Notes: generated by a model from the sequence alone, not told the origin. A stretch of DNA of 64,000 nt from Eledone cirrhosa (GCA_964016885.1 OZ024743.1:288858001-288922000), one strand, 5' to 3'. Shown: positions 12,283 to 28,150, counted from the first letter of the stretch. A program made the numbers and translations.

Positions 12283-12905
12283 TGTGTTAAGAGTGGGGCT
12301 GAGCTGCCAACTGGTCACATATAGTTATCTGCAGCATAAGAATATATAAAGCCAAGGACGCCCACAAGCCAAGGATACAGTGGGAAGATTTGATGGATAA
12401 GGAAGTCGGGACAAGGTATGCGGATACTATTGCATCCAAATTCAGAGTTCTCGCTGAGCAAATTGAGACAGCTGAAACGGAGTGGTGACTGTCTAAATCG
12501 GCAGTTTCTCCTTCGTCTCTCAAATGCTGAGGAAAAAAAGCATCTAGATGTCATTCATATCGTATGGCTTGAGTATTCCTTCGATCAATCAAGGGGTCAA
12601 TGATGCTCTCCGAGCATAGAAGGAGGCCGACAAGTCAGCCTGGAAATAAGCCTCCCTTCTAGTATTTGCGGTACGGGCAGGCGTGAAACGTGACAGCAGA
12701 GACAGTAAATGCGTTCAACGCTCAGACATTGGGGACTTTGAGGTTATGCTGGAATCCTACTTCAGAACAACCAATAAAGTGTTCTGGCAGACCATCTACC
12801 AATGTCGTAGTAAGAAATCCTCTTCCACACCTGCTACCAGGAACGCATCTGTGGTTATTGTCTCTTCAGAGAGGTGCATGATCGCGAGATAGAGAGAATA
12901 CTTTG
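12283..12905 (+). mobile_element. Degraded RTE LINE fragment (end of AP endonuclease and linker)
   Basis: Frames give [22 protein letters not shown] and DFEVMLESYFRTTNKVFWQTIY, with stops and frameshifts. Confidence 0.65.
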
Positions 12906-13068
12906 ACTGATATGAGTGTACGCTAAGTGTGCGTATCTCCTGTTCAGTATGTTCATGAACTTTATTGACATAGGCAGCTGGAATGAAAGTCAGTACTTCA
13001 CAACTATAAGAATATTGTCCAAAGCTCTCCCGCAACTTTCCTCACCCATCGGGTACTCACATTTAACT

Positions 13069-13114
<46 letters not shown>

Positions 13115-13399
13115 GAGTGTGTTTGTTTGTTTGTTTGTGTGTGAGTGCGCGCGCGTGTGTGAATATGTATGTGCGTGTGTGCTTGAGTGTATGTGTGTCT
13201 ACCTGTGAACGTGTGTAAGTATTTTGTATTCTATGAGTTTGCATATGTGATCAACACTCGTCCCTTCTTTATCTGAATAAGTACAAATCCGCATACAGTC
13301 CCCCAACACGGTTAAAGCAGTTTATAGCTTGCGCCTCCTTCCTTCCGCAATAGAACATAATAAAGTGTTTGCTTAGTTGGATAAATGATATAATGCCAC

Positions 13400-14070
<671 letters not shown>

Positions 14071-14514
14071 ATCTATGTATACATATGACGACCTGTTATG
14101 TTTCACAGACCTTTGACAAAGAAATAAAGGAAAATGCAAAACCCCCCAAAAAAGAATAATAAATAAATAAATAAATAATAATAATAAATAAGTAGATATG
14201 TATAGATACAAAAATATAGGCAACTGAGTAAAATGCATATGTACATATACAACTCTCCCTCCGTTTATATATATATATATATATATACAGAGATAAAATA
14301 CATAAAACTATATATATATATAGATATATATATAGTTTTATGTATCTTTCCTTTTTTACTTTTGTTCTATCTTATTTCGTTTATTACTTTACGCCACTAA
14401 AACCTTAAAATGTCTTGGACTTTTATAGAAGGAGGTCAGCTGAAAACAGACAGAAATGAAGGTCAGACGGCAGCCGGCATTAATACATCAGACTTGCTTC
14501 TCTGTGTGTATGCT

Positions 14515-14570
<56 letters not shown>

Positions 14571-14659
14571 TGTGTGTGTATGTGTTTGTGTGTTCTGTAT
14601 GTCGGTCATCCGGTGATTTCAAAGTTGTTTGCTCCAATTGTTCTATTAACGGAACAGCT

Positions 14660-14915
14660 TCATCGTGTAATAAACGGGGAAGTGTCTATGTATTCCACAG
14701 ATACGTGCACTTATAGCCTATTCCTCAGGGAGATTCAACATGATATAGTGAATGACAAAACTGGCCCTTTGTATTTCATGTAGATTTCATTGTTTCTAAC
14801 TGAATGAATTGTTGTCACGTGAATAAACGTTTTTAATCAAGGACACATCACACTCCTTGGAATCGAACTCACGATGTTACAATTATGAGCTGAACAACTG
14901 AAGTGGTAAGTCACT
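14660..14915 (-). mobile_element. Degenerate second tRNA-type SINE family
   Basis: caaggacacatcac...ggaatcgaactcacgat has a B-box-like gagttcgattcc on the minus strand. A similar stretch lies at about 60600-60745. Confidence 0.5.
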
Positions 14916-14992
14916 CGCCTTCACCCCCTATCATGAAGTATCTGTTGGCAAACCACTTTAAATTCAATATATATATATATATATATATATAT

Positions 14993-15029
<37 letters not shown>

Positions 15030-15073
15030 TCTCTCCCCCTCTCTCTCCTCCTCTCTCTATATATATACCTATC

Positions 15074-15160
<87 letters not shown>

Positions 15161-15349
15161 AAGTTGCACATTTATTGGTAAAACACTTTAAATTCAACCT
15201 AAAAATGTCAAACCCATAACAAGAGCTTGATTGACAACAATAACAACGGCAACAACCACATTATCAACAATAGTATCGAGATAAACAACAAAAATAACAT
15301 TAATATTAACAACTCAGAGTTCAACGCCAACAATGTCATTGACATCAAC

Positions 15350-17380
15350 TTTATCAACAACAATGGCGACCACAACAACATAACAAATATGAAAAGCAGC
15401 ATCAACAACAATGGCGACCACAACAACATAACAAATATGAAAAGCAGCATCAACAACAATGGCGACCACAACAACATAACAAAACCAACACCAACAATAA
15501 CACCAACAACAACAATAACACCAACAATAACACCAACACCAACACCAACAATAATACCAACAACAACAATAACACCAACAACAACAATAACAACCAACAA
15601 CCACAATAACATCAACAACAACAAACAAACATGAAAACACCAACAACAACAATGGCGACACAACAACATAACAAATATGAAAAGCACCATCAACAACAAT
15701 GGCGACTACAACAACATAACAAATATGAAAAGCAGCATCAACAACAATGGCGACCACAACAACATAACAAATATGAAAAGCAGCATCAACAACAATGGCG
15801 ACCACAACAACATAACAAATATGAAAAGCAGCATCAACAATAATGGCGACCACAACAGCATAACAGATATGAAAAGCACCATCAACAACAATGGCGACCA
15901 CAACAACATAACAAATATGAAAAGCAGCATCAACAACAATGGCGACCACAACAACATAACAAATATGAAAAGCACCATCAACAACAATGGCGACCACAAC
16001 AACATAACAAATATGAAAAGCACCATCAACAACAATGGCGACCACAACAACATAACAAATATGAAAAGCAGCATCAACAATAATGGCGACCACAACAACA
16101 TAACAAATATGAAAAGCACCATCAACAACAATGGCGACCACAACAACATAACAAATATGAAAAGCACCATCAACAACAATGGCGACCACAACAACATAAC
16201 AAATATGAAAAGCACCATCAACAACAATGGCGACCACGACAACATAACAAATATGAAAAGCACCATCAACAACAATGGCGACCACAACAACATAACAAAT
16301 ATGAAAAGTACCATCAACAACAATGGCGACCACAACAACATAACAAATATGAAAAGCACCATCAAGAACAATGGCGACCACAACAACATAACAAATATGA
16401 AAAGCACCATCAACAACAATGGCGACCACAACAACATAACACATATGAAAAGCAGCATCAACAACAATGGCGACCACAACAACATAACAAATATGAAAAC
16501 CACCATCAACAACAATGGCGACCACAACAACAGAACAAATATGAAAAGCACCATCAACAACAATGGCGACCACAACAACAGAACAAATATGAAAAGCACC
16601 ATCAACAACAATGGCGACCACAACAACATAACAAATATGAAAACCACCATCAACAACAATGGCGACCACAACAACAGAACAAATATGAAAAGCACCATCA
16701 ACAACAATGGCGACCACAACAACAGAACAAATATGAAAAGCACCATCAACAACAATGGCGACCACAACAACATAACAAATATGAAAAGCAGCATCAACAA
16801 CAATGGCGACCACAACAACATAACAAATATGAAAAGCAGCATCAACAACAATGGCGACCACAACAACAGAACAAATATGAAAAGCACCATCAACAACAAT
16901 GGCGACCACAACAACAGAACAAATATGAAAAGCACCAATAACAACAATGGCGACCACAACAACAGAACAAATATGAAAAGCAGCATCAACAACAATGGCG
17001 ACCACAACAACAGAACAAATATGAAAAGCACCATCAACAACAATGGCGACCACAACAACATAACAAATATGAAAAGCAGCATCAACAACAATGGCGACCA
17101 CAACAACATAACAAATATGAAAAGCACCATCAACAACAATGGCGACCACAACAACAGAACAAATATGAAAAGCACCAATAACAACAATGGCGACCACAAC
17201 AACAGAACAAATATGAAAAGCAGCATCAACAACAATGGCGACCACAACAACAGAACAAATATGAAAAGCACCATCAACAACAATGGCGACCACAACAACA
17301 TAACAAATATGAAAAGCACCATCAACAACAATGGCGACCACAACAACATAACAAATATGAAAAGCAGCATCAACAACAAA
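15350..17380. repeat. 48-bp minisatellite (~36 contiguous units plus ~2.5 upstream)
   Basis: Unit aacaacaatggcgaccacaacaacataacaaatatgaaaagcaccatc, embedded in (AAC)n-rich low-complexity DNA. Confidence 0.95.
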
Positions 17381-18221
17381 AATGACATCAACAACAACGA
17401 TATTAGCATAAAAAAGAATGACGATGATGATAACTACTTCACTTCACCAATGTCAACATCAACCACTTCGTCAACATCATCACCACCAACAAAAACAACA
17501 CAACCTACAACTGCACTATCAAAATGAATTTGTATGCTTCATTTAAATATTTGTTTGTTTCTTTTGTTATTTATTTATTTGTTTATATTTTTGTTGTTGC
17601 TTGTTTGAACAACAGTGTTAGTGTATACCTGAAACCACTTCAGTAGAGAATCTTCCCATCTCTTACGACGGCACTTTAAGTCTAAAGGAAAAAGAAATAG
17701 AATTTCACCATGCAATATATGACCACATTCCTTCTCATGAAATATAATCGAAATCTTTCCTCGTGCCTGAGTTGACAACTTTATATTTAACTGAAGCTTT
17801 TGTGAGCCTTGTCAAAGATTCATCCGTGGTGGCTCATATCTTTGCAGGGAAGTGTAAGAATCTCTTACTTACGTGTATTTCTATTTACTGTTATGAAAGG
17901 TGGTCCATCAATCATGAATTTTTTAATGTTTTCTTTAGCACCCCCACCTCCCTCCTCTCTCTATATATATATATGATTGATGGCTGACTTAGGATTAATC
18001 TGCTACGGTTAATCTCTTAATCTTCTAACATCATGAGACTGGTTATTCTACGAAAATGTATGCTTAATTACCCTGTATTATATATGATATATATTTTTCT
18101 CAAAAAAAAATTTGAAGTGTTGCCACGACATTAATTTTTCTAGAACAAATTTTCAGGTTACGTGTCTCAAACTTTGAAATAAAAAAAATTCCATGATGAT
18201 GAAGATAAACCCATAAAATTC

Positions 18222-18642
18222 TCGGTAGGGCATTGAACAAAATGCTTTGCGGCATATAGTTACATCCCTTTCTGAGTTCAAATCCCACCGAAGTCAGCTT
18301 TCCCTTTCATTCTTATGGTGTCTATAAAATAAAGTACCAATAACACATTTATCAACATTTCCCTTCCCTTCAAATTACTGGCCTTGTGTCAAATGTAGAA
18401 ACAATTATTATTTAGAAACTGCAGGGCTGCGGATTGGCAGTATCGGTGGGGCGTTGGACAAAATGATTTGCGCTATCTACTTGCGACTTCTACGTTCCGT
18501 GATCACATCTCACCGAGGTCAGCTTTGCATTCATTCCATATGGAGTCAAACTATATGGGTAACAATAACGCAGTAGCGACATTTAATTGACCTTCCCCTT
18601 ACCTTCAAATTGCTGTACTTTTGTCAAAAGTAGAAACTATTC
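18222..18642 (+). mobile_element. Two diverged tandem SINEs
   Basis: B box and ggccttgtg..gtagaaacaatt ends, at 18222-18412 and 18428-18642. Confidence 0.75.
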
Positions 18643-19623
18643 TTTTAAACAACATAATACAAGCGTTGCGGCCTGATAATGTTTCTCATCTTAATACCAG
18701 TAATATGTGTCGGTCGATTGTAAGATATAATTAACGTTTTGTTTTTGGTTCGTGGCCGATTTGGTTTAATCTGGATATATGTACGTTAAAGTTAAGGAAA
18801 TTGAGTTTCCATGTTACACACACACTCACACATGCATCCATACATATATATACATATGAGAGAATCGAGAGTCACAGCAAAAAATTAATAAAAATTTAGA
18901 AGGTACAAGGTGCTATATTAGTACTGATAAGGTGTATTTAGTAATGAAAGGAAAGCACAAACAAGAGACAGATTCCCTCTTGAGTTGTCTGCTGGGGCTC
19001 TCGGATTCTGTTTATTCTCTCCCTTGTTATTATTAACTCTTTTCCTTCCCCTCTCTCCCTTTCTTTCTTTCACCATCTTTCTCTCCCCCTCTCTCTCCAA
19101 CTCATGTAGTCTCTCTCTCTCTTTCCTTCTCCCACCCACTTATTCTCTCTTTCTCTCTGCTCCCTTACTAATTCCGTTTTCTGTCGTCTCTCCCTCTTTT
19201 CGCTGCTCCCGCCGAGGTTAGACGTTTTCTTCGCTGTTAATAAGGCCCCGGACGTATGCCCAACCACCGGTTTGACTTACCCTCTCTCCCCTGGTTAATT
19301 AACTTACATGTGCTGCTCCTCGTGTTCTTCCCCTCTCTATCAGTATGTTTTCTGAGTCTTTTTTCTTCTTTTTTTTTCACTTCTGTTTAATTAATTTTTT
19401 TTTCTTTTTTCTTTCTCCAATGACTTCCAAAGTTATTGACGCACTGAGGATAGGTGTATTGTCTTTAATGCGTTGAAACGTCGGAGACCCCCAAGAAGAC
19501 AACTGAAGATGGGACCTGCCCTTGTTTGTTCTTTCCTTTCATTTCTAAATACAATATATATTCCTTCCATATAGTGTACCAATTGTGTTGTTATTTTTGT
19601 TTAATTTTTACACACACACACAC

Positions 19624-19730
<107 letters not shown>

Positions 19731-19779
19731 TGTGTGTCTTCATAAAAACAGTGACTATATTTCCATTATTTATTTTCAA

Positions 19780-20582
19780 AACAGAATAATTGATTATGAA
19801 TTATTTTGAACCTCCAAATTTGTGGAAGAGACCCGGAATTCTTCTTGGAATCCGCGCAGTATTTCATAATATATAAGTGACTATAACGTCAAAATGGAAA
19901 ATATTTAATGTAAGTTATGGGAAAATAATTCAAACTCAATTAAAAAAAAAATCAAGACAGATTTTATCCACAGATTTTGTGAAATCCAGGGAAAAATCTA
20001 ATAGAGTCTTAACTCAGAATAAAAAGTTTAAATACTCATCCTTCAATTTGGAAAAACTACAAATGCTCTATATAGTCTTAAAAAGACTATTTAACGAAAC
20101 TTTTCAGTGTAGTTAGTCACGGTTGGAGTCGTTCATCAGTAGAGCTCCACACGATAACCAAAACCACTCCTAAAAATTTCCAGAAAGGGAATTTAAAAGC
20201 AGGCTAGTTCAACTCGTGCGGAATTATGAAAATTAAACACCCATGGAGAACATGGCTGGTGACGTCAGAATGAGACGAATGTCTATTTACAAGAAACAGC
20301 AGTCAAAACATTCCGAAAAAAACTCTACAAAAATGTATGGAGCTCAGCATATAGCAATATTATCGCGTTTTTTTTTTTAAAAGACCGGGATTAGTCACAA
20401 ATAATTTTAAGCACTCTAGGAAAAATTCCGAGTATAAATATAAATGAAAATAGAGAAATTAATGTGAGCAAGAAGCCAACAGTATTTCATAATATATAAG
20501 TGACTATGAAGTCAAAATGGAAAATATTTAACGTAAGATATGGGAAAATAATTCAAACTCAATAAAAAAAAAATCAAGACAG
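19780..20582 (-). mobile_element. ~624-bp unit partial-tandem element with an HHR
   Basis: 19858-19960 is repeated at 20482-20582, and there is an HHR-like motif at 20065-20145 (-). Confidence 0.65.
20065..20145 (-). ncRNA. Hammerhead ribozyme, probably inactive (G12 position reads U)
   Basis: The reverse complement reads gctcta CTGATGA acga...tcgt tAAA tagtctt ttt aagacta TA tagagc. All three stems pair. Confidence 0.65.
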
Positions 20583-20686
20583 AGAGATATATATATAAAG
20601 AACACTGGAAGGTGATATCCGTAGTAGTAGAGCATCAGTCCATGGGACGAGTTTGGTAGAAGTAGTAACAACAGTTAGTTCACCAT

Positions 20687-20728
20687 ACCGAGAACAATTG
20701 TTTCACCTTATGCAGATCTTCATCTCGG
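20687..20728 (-). ncRNA. HHR-like motif with a non-canonical core, inverted upstream of a PLE ORF remnant
   Basis: The reverse complement reads ccgag ATGAAGA tct..aggt GAAAC aatt GTT ctcgg. The same family occurs at 34577-34641. Confidence 0.5.
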
Positions 20729-20939
20729 ACTGATAATGGTTATACGGAACAGGAAAAGGAGAAACAACCGTATAAACGCGCATGCGCAGAAACGGTCATT
20801 TCTCCCAAGTGATAAAAATCCACGGTCGAAAGGTATAAGAGAGATAACTTTGAATGTCCGGAATAAATTGTTCGAGTTGATTAGAATATTGGAATGTTGG
20901 TGTTATTCAATCCGGAGCTTTGTAGTTATGCAAGAGGTG

Positions 20940-21385
20940 TTTTCAGACGTGTGGACAATAGGAGGTCAAATCCTATGTGGGTATGGCGGAGGGCCGGTTT
21001 AAACAACGCTTCCTGAACCATCTGTCGACCTTTAGGTAGCCGGACAAACGATCATCCACGAAGTTCGCGAGCCATGTATGGTCCCTCAAAGACTCAAGTG
21101 TAGACTATTCCATTCAATGGAAAGCTATCACTAAGTCCAAGCCGTACGCAAGGGGTAATCGGTCTTATGGACTGTGTATTGAAGAAAGGATCAATATTCT
21201 AAGGAGATTACGCAATAGCGATTGCCTAAATTCAAGAAATGAACTTTTCTCACGTTGTCCATACGTCTACAGGACTAGAGCTGTTCTAGTCCAGTAAAAG
21301 CTATTTCTATATTAAATATTTATATTCTGCTGTGTATTGAGTACCTTACTTACTGTGGTTACGCCCGATTGAACCCGGGATGCAC
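20940..21385 (+). pseudogene. PLE GIY-YIG endonuclease remnant plus family C tail
   Basis: SYVGMAEGRFKQRFLNHLSTFR*PDKRSSTKFASHVWSLKD...YSIQW...LCIEE...LNSRNELFSRC aligns by eye with the 40095 ORF. Confidence 0.85.
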
Positions 21386-21404
21386 ATATCCATCTCTCTC
21401 TCTT

Positions 21405-21439
<35 letters not shown>

Positions 21440-21504
21440 AGTCGGGACACGACGGCTGAGCTCGTGCTGTTTCCACAGCTAGATCCGGTCTTATATATCT
21501 ACAA

Positions 21505-21685
21505 TAGTTGTTTCTACTTTTGGCACAAGGCCATCAATTAACCAGTTCATTAATGGTACTTTATTTTAACTACCCGGTAAGGATGAGAGGCAAAGTTAAC
21601 CTCGACGGGATTTGAACTCAGACCATAAAGGGACGTAACTATGCTGGAAAGCATGGCGTCCGACCCTCTACGGATACTGCCATAT
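21505..21685 (-). mobile_element. tRNA-derived SINE
   Basis: Reverse complement of the SINE consensus. Confidence 0.8.
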
Positions 21686-21828
21686 CTATAATAGTGTTGG
21701 ATATATGAAGATTTTCGGACAAACGGCTTGCTGAAACATCGTGGCCAGGTTGTATGAATTTAAATAACTTCCTATATATGTGTGTGCACTCACGTATACA
21801 CAAACACACACATACATGTATACACACA

Positions 21829-21949
<121 letters not shown>

Positions 21950-22164
21950 GCGCGTGTGTGAGTGTATGAAGCAACAAATTAAAAGCCAAGAGAATTTCAT
22001 TATCCAAATATAGATTAAATGTAGACAGAGTGACACCTGTTATTCAAACTATTAAATTTTCGAAGTCTCTCGTTGCAGGACAATCTAATTAGGTATAGAG
22101 CAAAAGTAATTATTTGTGTAATATATGTATGTATGTATGTAAGTATGCATATATCCATATATAT

Positions 22165-22227
<63 letters not shown>

Positions 22228-22259
22228 CGTGTGTGTATTTGTGTGTGTAGATACACACG

Positions 22260-22300
<41 letters not shown>

Positions 22301-22989
22301 TGATAATTCAATAAAATATGACACATTACAATAAAAAAAACATACTAAGTTATTCTTCTTCTGAGGATATCAGACAATAAATTTCCTCACAAAATTTAAC
22401 AAGCCCAGAGATATCAGTCAAACGTAGGATCAACACCATTAGTATTTTTTACAGTTTAGTTAAGTGGGGGTACGCTAGTACGTATGAACTTTTTCATATC
22501 ACCCGAGTGTTCTGAATGTGATAAAGAATTCTATCTGCCAACCCAAACCTTGCAATAATTCTTGTACCAGAATATGCTTCGCTAAAGGTACCCAGAAGCC
22601 CGAAATCGGTGTCGATTTACGTCTTTGCGAGATATCACAAGGTTTGTGCTCAGAAAACCATAAACCAAAGCAAATACCACAAGTTATATCGTTCAGTCTT
22701 CTAACAATTCCATCAATTTATCATCATACACAGGCACTTTGTTTTATCAACTCCGAAAATATGAAAGGAAACTTTCTCCTCAGTAAAATTGCAAAGCGCA
22801 AGAACAAACAAGCGAATGTATTTTGTTGTAAGATCTATGCTAAGTGATTGGATATATATTTTAAAAAAAGAAAAAAATGAAATTAACTTAGAACAAAGGG
22901 TTCAATTTTTCGTCTGACCACAATCATGGATAGAGTTAGATTCAGCGATATATACTAAGTAAACATTCCTCATTATTATAGAGAAGCCT

Positions 22990-23138
22990 TGATTTCAAAT
23001 CCCGCTGAGGTTAACTTTTCTTTTCTTCCTTACGGAGTCGATAAAATAAAGCACCATTAACGTATTGGGGTCGATTTAATCGACTTTCCTCTCTCCCAAA
23101 TTACTGGTCTTGTGCCTATACTAGAAATAATTATTATA
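22990..23138 (+). mobile_element. 5'-truncated SINE
   Basis: ttcaaatcccgctgaggttaac...gtcgataaaataaagcacc...actagaaataattatt. Confidence 0.75.
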
Positions 23139-24022
23139 GAGAAGCTTTTATATAAATATTTATAACTGAACATCCCTGCCTTATTCAATACTAATTTTCT
23201 GTTATTTATGTTGCTGTGGTTCAGCTCAGCGTCTGCCCATGATCGTTCTTTGGTAGTTTTATGTTTGAAGAGAGAAGTGTGTGGCTCGCGTGAATTTGGC
23301 TGCGGTTTCTAGCAAATCAATAAGCCATTTTTTGCTCGACTTAATGCTAGATTGTTTGAGACGAAATACATATTTGATCTTCTATAACGTAAGCTCGATA
23401 TCCCAACCCCTAGGAGCAAAATCTATTGACCAGTGTGTTAGACTCACGACCGCAATGTTGTGTTACTAAATAATAGCGATTTACAACGGTGGGAAATCTA
23501 CGGTTCGTGGTCCAAATACCGACCACAGCTTCATCTCATCCGACTAACAATCGTCACTGAATATGCGAGCTGGCATACAAAAATTCGTTTAATAAATATT
23601 TCCATCATCTTATTCCCATGATGTTAATATGAGAAATGTAGCATTATATATTATTCACTGTTCCAATCTATTTTTTTTTTAAATTAAACGCTTATAATGA
23701 AAAATACTAAAGTAACTGAAATCAAGCTCTTTCCATAGCCTTTTGTGATCATAGCTATATTTTCATTCACTTTAGTTAGCAGGTTATAAAAAAGATATTT
23801 CTAAGCTGGCGAACCTCCATGGCGAAGTCTACCCCTTTGCAGGTTTGAACACATGATTTTTCTTCTGCTGTGTACAAACTAGGGAGTTAGAGTGAAAGAG
23901 ACATAAAGAAGAAATCGAACTCGAAAAGATGAATGTCAAATGTATATATATATATATATATGCATAGATATGTATGTATGCGTAATACATATACATATAG
24001 TACATATAGTATCTCTCTCTCT

Positions 24023-24176
<154 letters not shown>

Positions 24177-24599
24177 TTGTTTGTTAGTCTGTTTGTCTGT
24201 CTAACTGTTGGCAAGTTATCTTACTCATCTGTGAGATTGTCAGTCCGACTGAATATCTGTTTGTGTGTCTGTATATATGTCTGCAGAAAATGGCGGTCAA
24301 CATTTATTAACAGACGGATGTTAATGAAAAATGACTGCCGGATCCATGACTTATTGCTTTAATAATGAAACACCATAATGTGTGTCTTCGTATGTATGTA
24401 TGTATGTATGTATGTATGTATGTATGTATGTATGCATGCATGTATGTATGTATGTATGTATGTATGTATGTATGTATGTATGTATGTATGTACGTACGTA
24501 TGCAGGTGTTTAACTATATACGTACGTAACTATGTATACATGCGTGTATTCCCACACACACACATGTGTATATGTATATATATATATATATATATAAAA

Positions 24600-24702
<103 letters not shown>

Positions 24703-26280
24703 TTATATATTTATATATATACAAACTTATGTAAGTACGCATGTATGTATGTAATTACGTATATATATATATATTTATATATATATATACAGATACACAC
24801 AAACACACACACGCACACACACACACACATACACACACACACACACATATATATATATAAATAATACATATGTGCATATATATATGTGTGTGTGTGTACA
24901 TATATTTATATATATATATATATATATGTACTACGTATTTGTGTATGTATATGTGTGTGTGTGTGTATGTGACATGAAAGAAGACGAAGTCAAGAGAAGG
25001 CAATACAGAGAACAAAACGAAGGATTTCCTTAAAATGGCGACAGCTGATTGCTGTTTATTGCTGTCATGAAACAAGAGTTTTTTTTTATGATATTGTACC
25101 TTATTATTATTGTTGCTGTTATTATTACTATTATTATTGATATTGTATTTGCAGTTACTGTTGTTCCTGTTGTCGCGCTTGTTTGGGATATAAAGTAGTA
25201 GTGTTGTTATTGCTTCTAGAGAATAATGTTTTATGGTAGTCTAACTATTATTAAGATTATTGCCATTATTGTTGTTGTAGTTGTTGCTGTTGTTGTTCTT
25301 TCACTGGGTCTAGTTTTTCGTATGGTAGTTTTTATTTGTGATTGTTGTATATGTGGTTCTTGGTGTTGTTCTGGTTGTTGTGTGGCTGCTGTAGTGGTGG
25401 CTGTTGTGGTTATTGTGTTCCTGATTGTTTTAGTTGTGGTTGTTGTGGCTGTTGTGGTTATTGTGTTCATGGTTGTTTTAGTTGTGGTTGTTGTGGTTAT
25501 TGTGTTCATGGTTGTTTTAGTTGTGGTTATTGTGGTTGTTGCTGTTGTGGTTGTGGTCACTTATCTTGTTTTTATATTTTTTATGGTTTTTCCAATGACT
25601 GATTTAAGTATTGTGGATGTTGTCATTAATGTAGTGGTTTGAGATATGGTGTTGATTGGTAATGATAGAGATGATTGGAACTTAAATCTATAGCTATATT
25701 TGATATCCCCTCCTCCTCCCCCTCATCATCATCACCATCCACAACCTCTCTTACCCTCTCCCCCTCCTCTTCCGCCGGCTCGTCCGCCTCCTCATCCTCC
25801 TCTACCCCCCCAAAAAAAAGTTTTTTACTGTTATTGTTGTTCCTGTGTTTGGTATGGTATCAGAAAATAATCTTATTATTATTCATTTCAATATAGCTAT
25901 AATCTTAGGTTAGACATTTATGCACCGAAATAAATATTTACCTTTCATTTAGTGTACATTCTACGTTGTTCTACATAAAGGCTTCCCGGAGATGGTTGGG
26001 ATTTCACCTATTCAGGCGATACCATCGCTGGTTCTAGATTTCTACAAAATATTTATAATCCATACAACTTGAAATTTTGATTCTACAATATGACTGTTAT
26101 TATTGGAGGGGCCTAATTGACTGGCTGTATTTGATCCTAGTACCGCATTTTTTCATCAATAGCTTTTCATAAGAGGGTTATATAACATCAACGGGTTTCC
26201 TAACTGTTTTCGTATATCCAATTTCCACAAGGCTTGGATCACCCAGAGAATATAGTAAAATACATTTGCCTAATTTTTCA

Positions 26281-27000
26281 CGCTGTTTCGCACAATTAAT
26301 TGTGAAGAGGAATACCGATTCTTGCTCATCAGTGGGTGAAGAATTAGTATCCTGGTCACTTCTAAGTATATTCAAAAACTGACTAAAAATAACAGCCAGG
26401 TTTACTCGACATTTGAATTAGCTCAACAAATTAACGGATCCGAATATATCAAAGCCGAATATATTCAATTATAATATACTGCTCGGAAAAACATCTTTCC
26501 TAGAGCTATTTTATTGTAAGAGACTACATTGAGTTTCTAACTCAATATATACCTTTGATATATTTGGCTCCGTTAATTTGTTGAGCTAATTCAAATTTCG
26601 AGTAAACCTGGCTGCTATTTTTAGTGGTGTGAGTTTGTGAGACACGCTAAGTTCAGATACCTTGTGCGTTATTATATATTCGCACACTATTCAGTTTTTG
26701 AATATACTTAGAAGTGACCAGGATACTAATTCTTCACCAACTGATGAGCAAGAATCGGTATTCCTCTTCACAATAAATTTTGCGAAACAGCAGTACCAAA
26801 GCTGTCTGGGTGATTGGTAGTTACCACAATTCCGGTTTGTATTTAATTTCTTGATTTATTCTTAAATTGAGTCTGGGAAACCTCATTGTCTATAGTTAGT
26901 ATTCTTTTCACCTTAGCGAATCTAGTCTCTTACAATTTGAACACATATTTGTATATATCTGTGTTTGCCTTTCTTTTATATTCAATTATATATATATATA
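26281..27000 (+). mobile_element. Fold-back PLE pLTR-like element (family D)
   Basis: 26281-26454 is inverted relative to 26552-26791, with an indel. The element ends in (TA)n and its 3' part resembles 49360-49455. Confidence 0.7.
26734..26813 (+). ncRNA. Type-I hammerhead ribozyme
   Basis: tcaccaa CTGATGA gcaa...ttgc GAAAC agc agtaccaaa gct GTC tgggtga. The inverted partial copy has tcaccca, which pairs perfectly. Confidence 0.8.
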
Positions 27001-27007
27001 TATATAA

Positions 27008-27302
<295 letters not shown>

Positions 27303-27883
27303 TACATGTCTATATAGTTATATACGCAAACACACACGCAGAAATACAAAGATGCAAACATACATATTTACATGAAAACTGAGAGTGTTTATATAGGTAC
27401 GTATGTGTGACTAAAACAAACATTGTGGATCGATGTAATTTTAAATAGTGTACAAAAGTATAGATAAGAAGAGCCATTGCCGAGCAGAGGTGGCGGTGCC
27501 GCTGCTAGTTGTGGAGGTGATGATGCCGGTGGTGTTAGTGACGGTGGTAATATTTGAGATGGTGTTGTTGGTGGTCGAGAGTGTGGTGGTGGTCTTTGTG
27601 GAGGTCTGTTGAGGTTTTCTAGGGTGAGGTTGTGGTCGGGATGTGTGTTGTGATATGATGTGATGTGGTGGGTGATGTGGTTGGGCGCGTTAGAGGTGAG
27701 GATGTGGTGGAGTGGTATGCTGCGTGTTGATATGGTGGGGTGTGTTATGATATGATAGGATTTGATGGCTTCTGTTTCGACCACCGGTGTGTTTAAAGCA
27801 GTTATTTGAATGTCATCTGCTGCTGTGACGTTTAAGATGGCGATATCAGAAGCAAGACATTCAATGGCGAAATTATGGTGGTG

Positions 27884-27947
<64 letters not shown>

Positions 27948-28150
27948 CAGCAGCAGCAGCAGTAGTAGTAGTAAGAATAAGAAAACCTGGAGCCATAAGT
28001 AAAATACAATAAATAAATATGTAGATAATTAAGTAAATAAACTAATGAATAGTACCTATAGATTTATGTTAATAATGAGTAGTTTAAAAATATAGATCTG
28101 GGCACTTGACATTTAGATTCATAAATTAATATTGATTTATGTTTATTGCT

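Noticed and set aside
15314-17527. Long ORFs of 567-675 aa on both strands
   Set aside because: They are by-products of a stop-free 48-bp repeat, and there is no unique domain.
19438-19515. ctgagga / gaaacgtc / ctgaaga motifs
   Set aside because: The helices are not consistent with any HHR topology.
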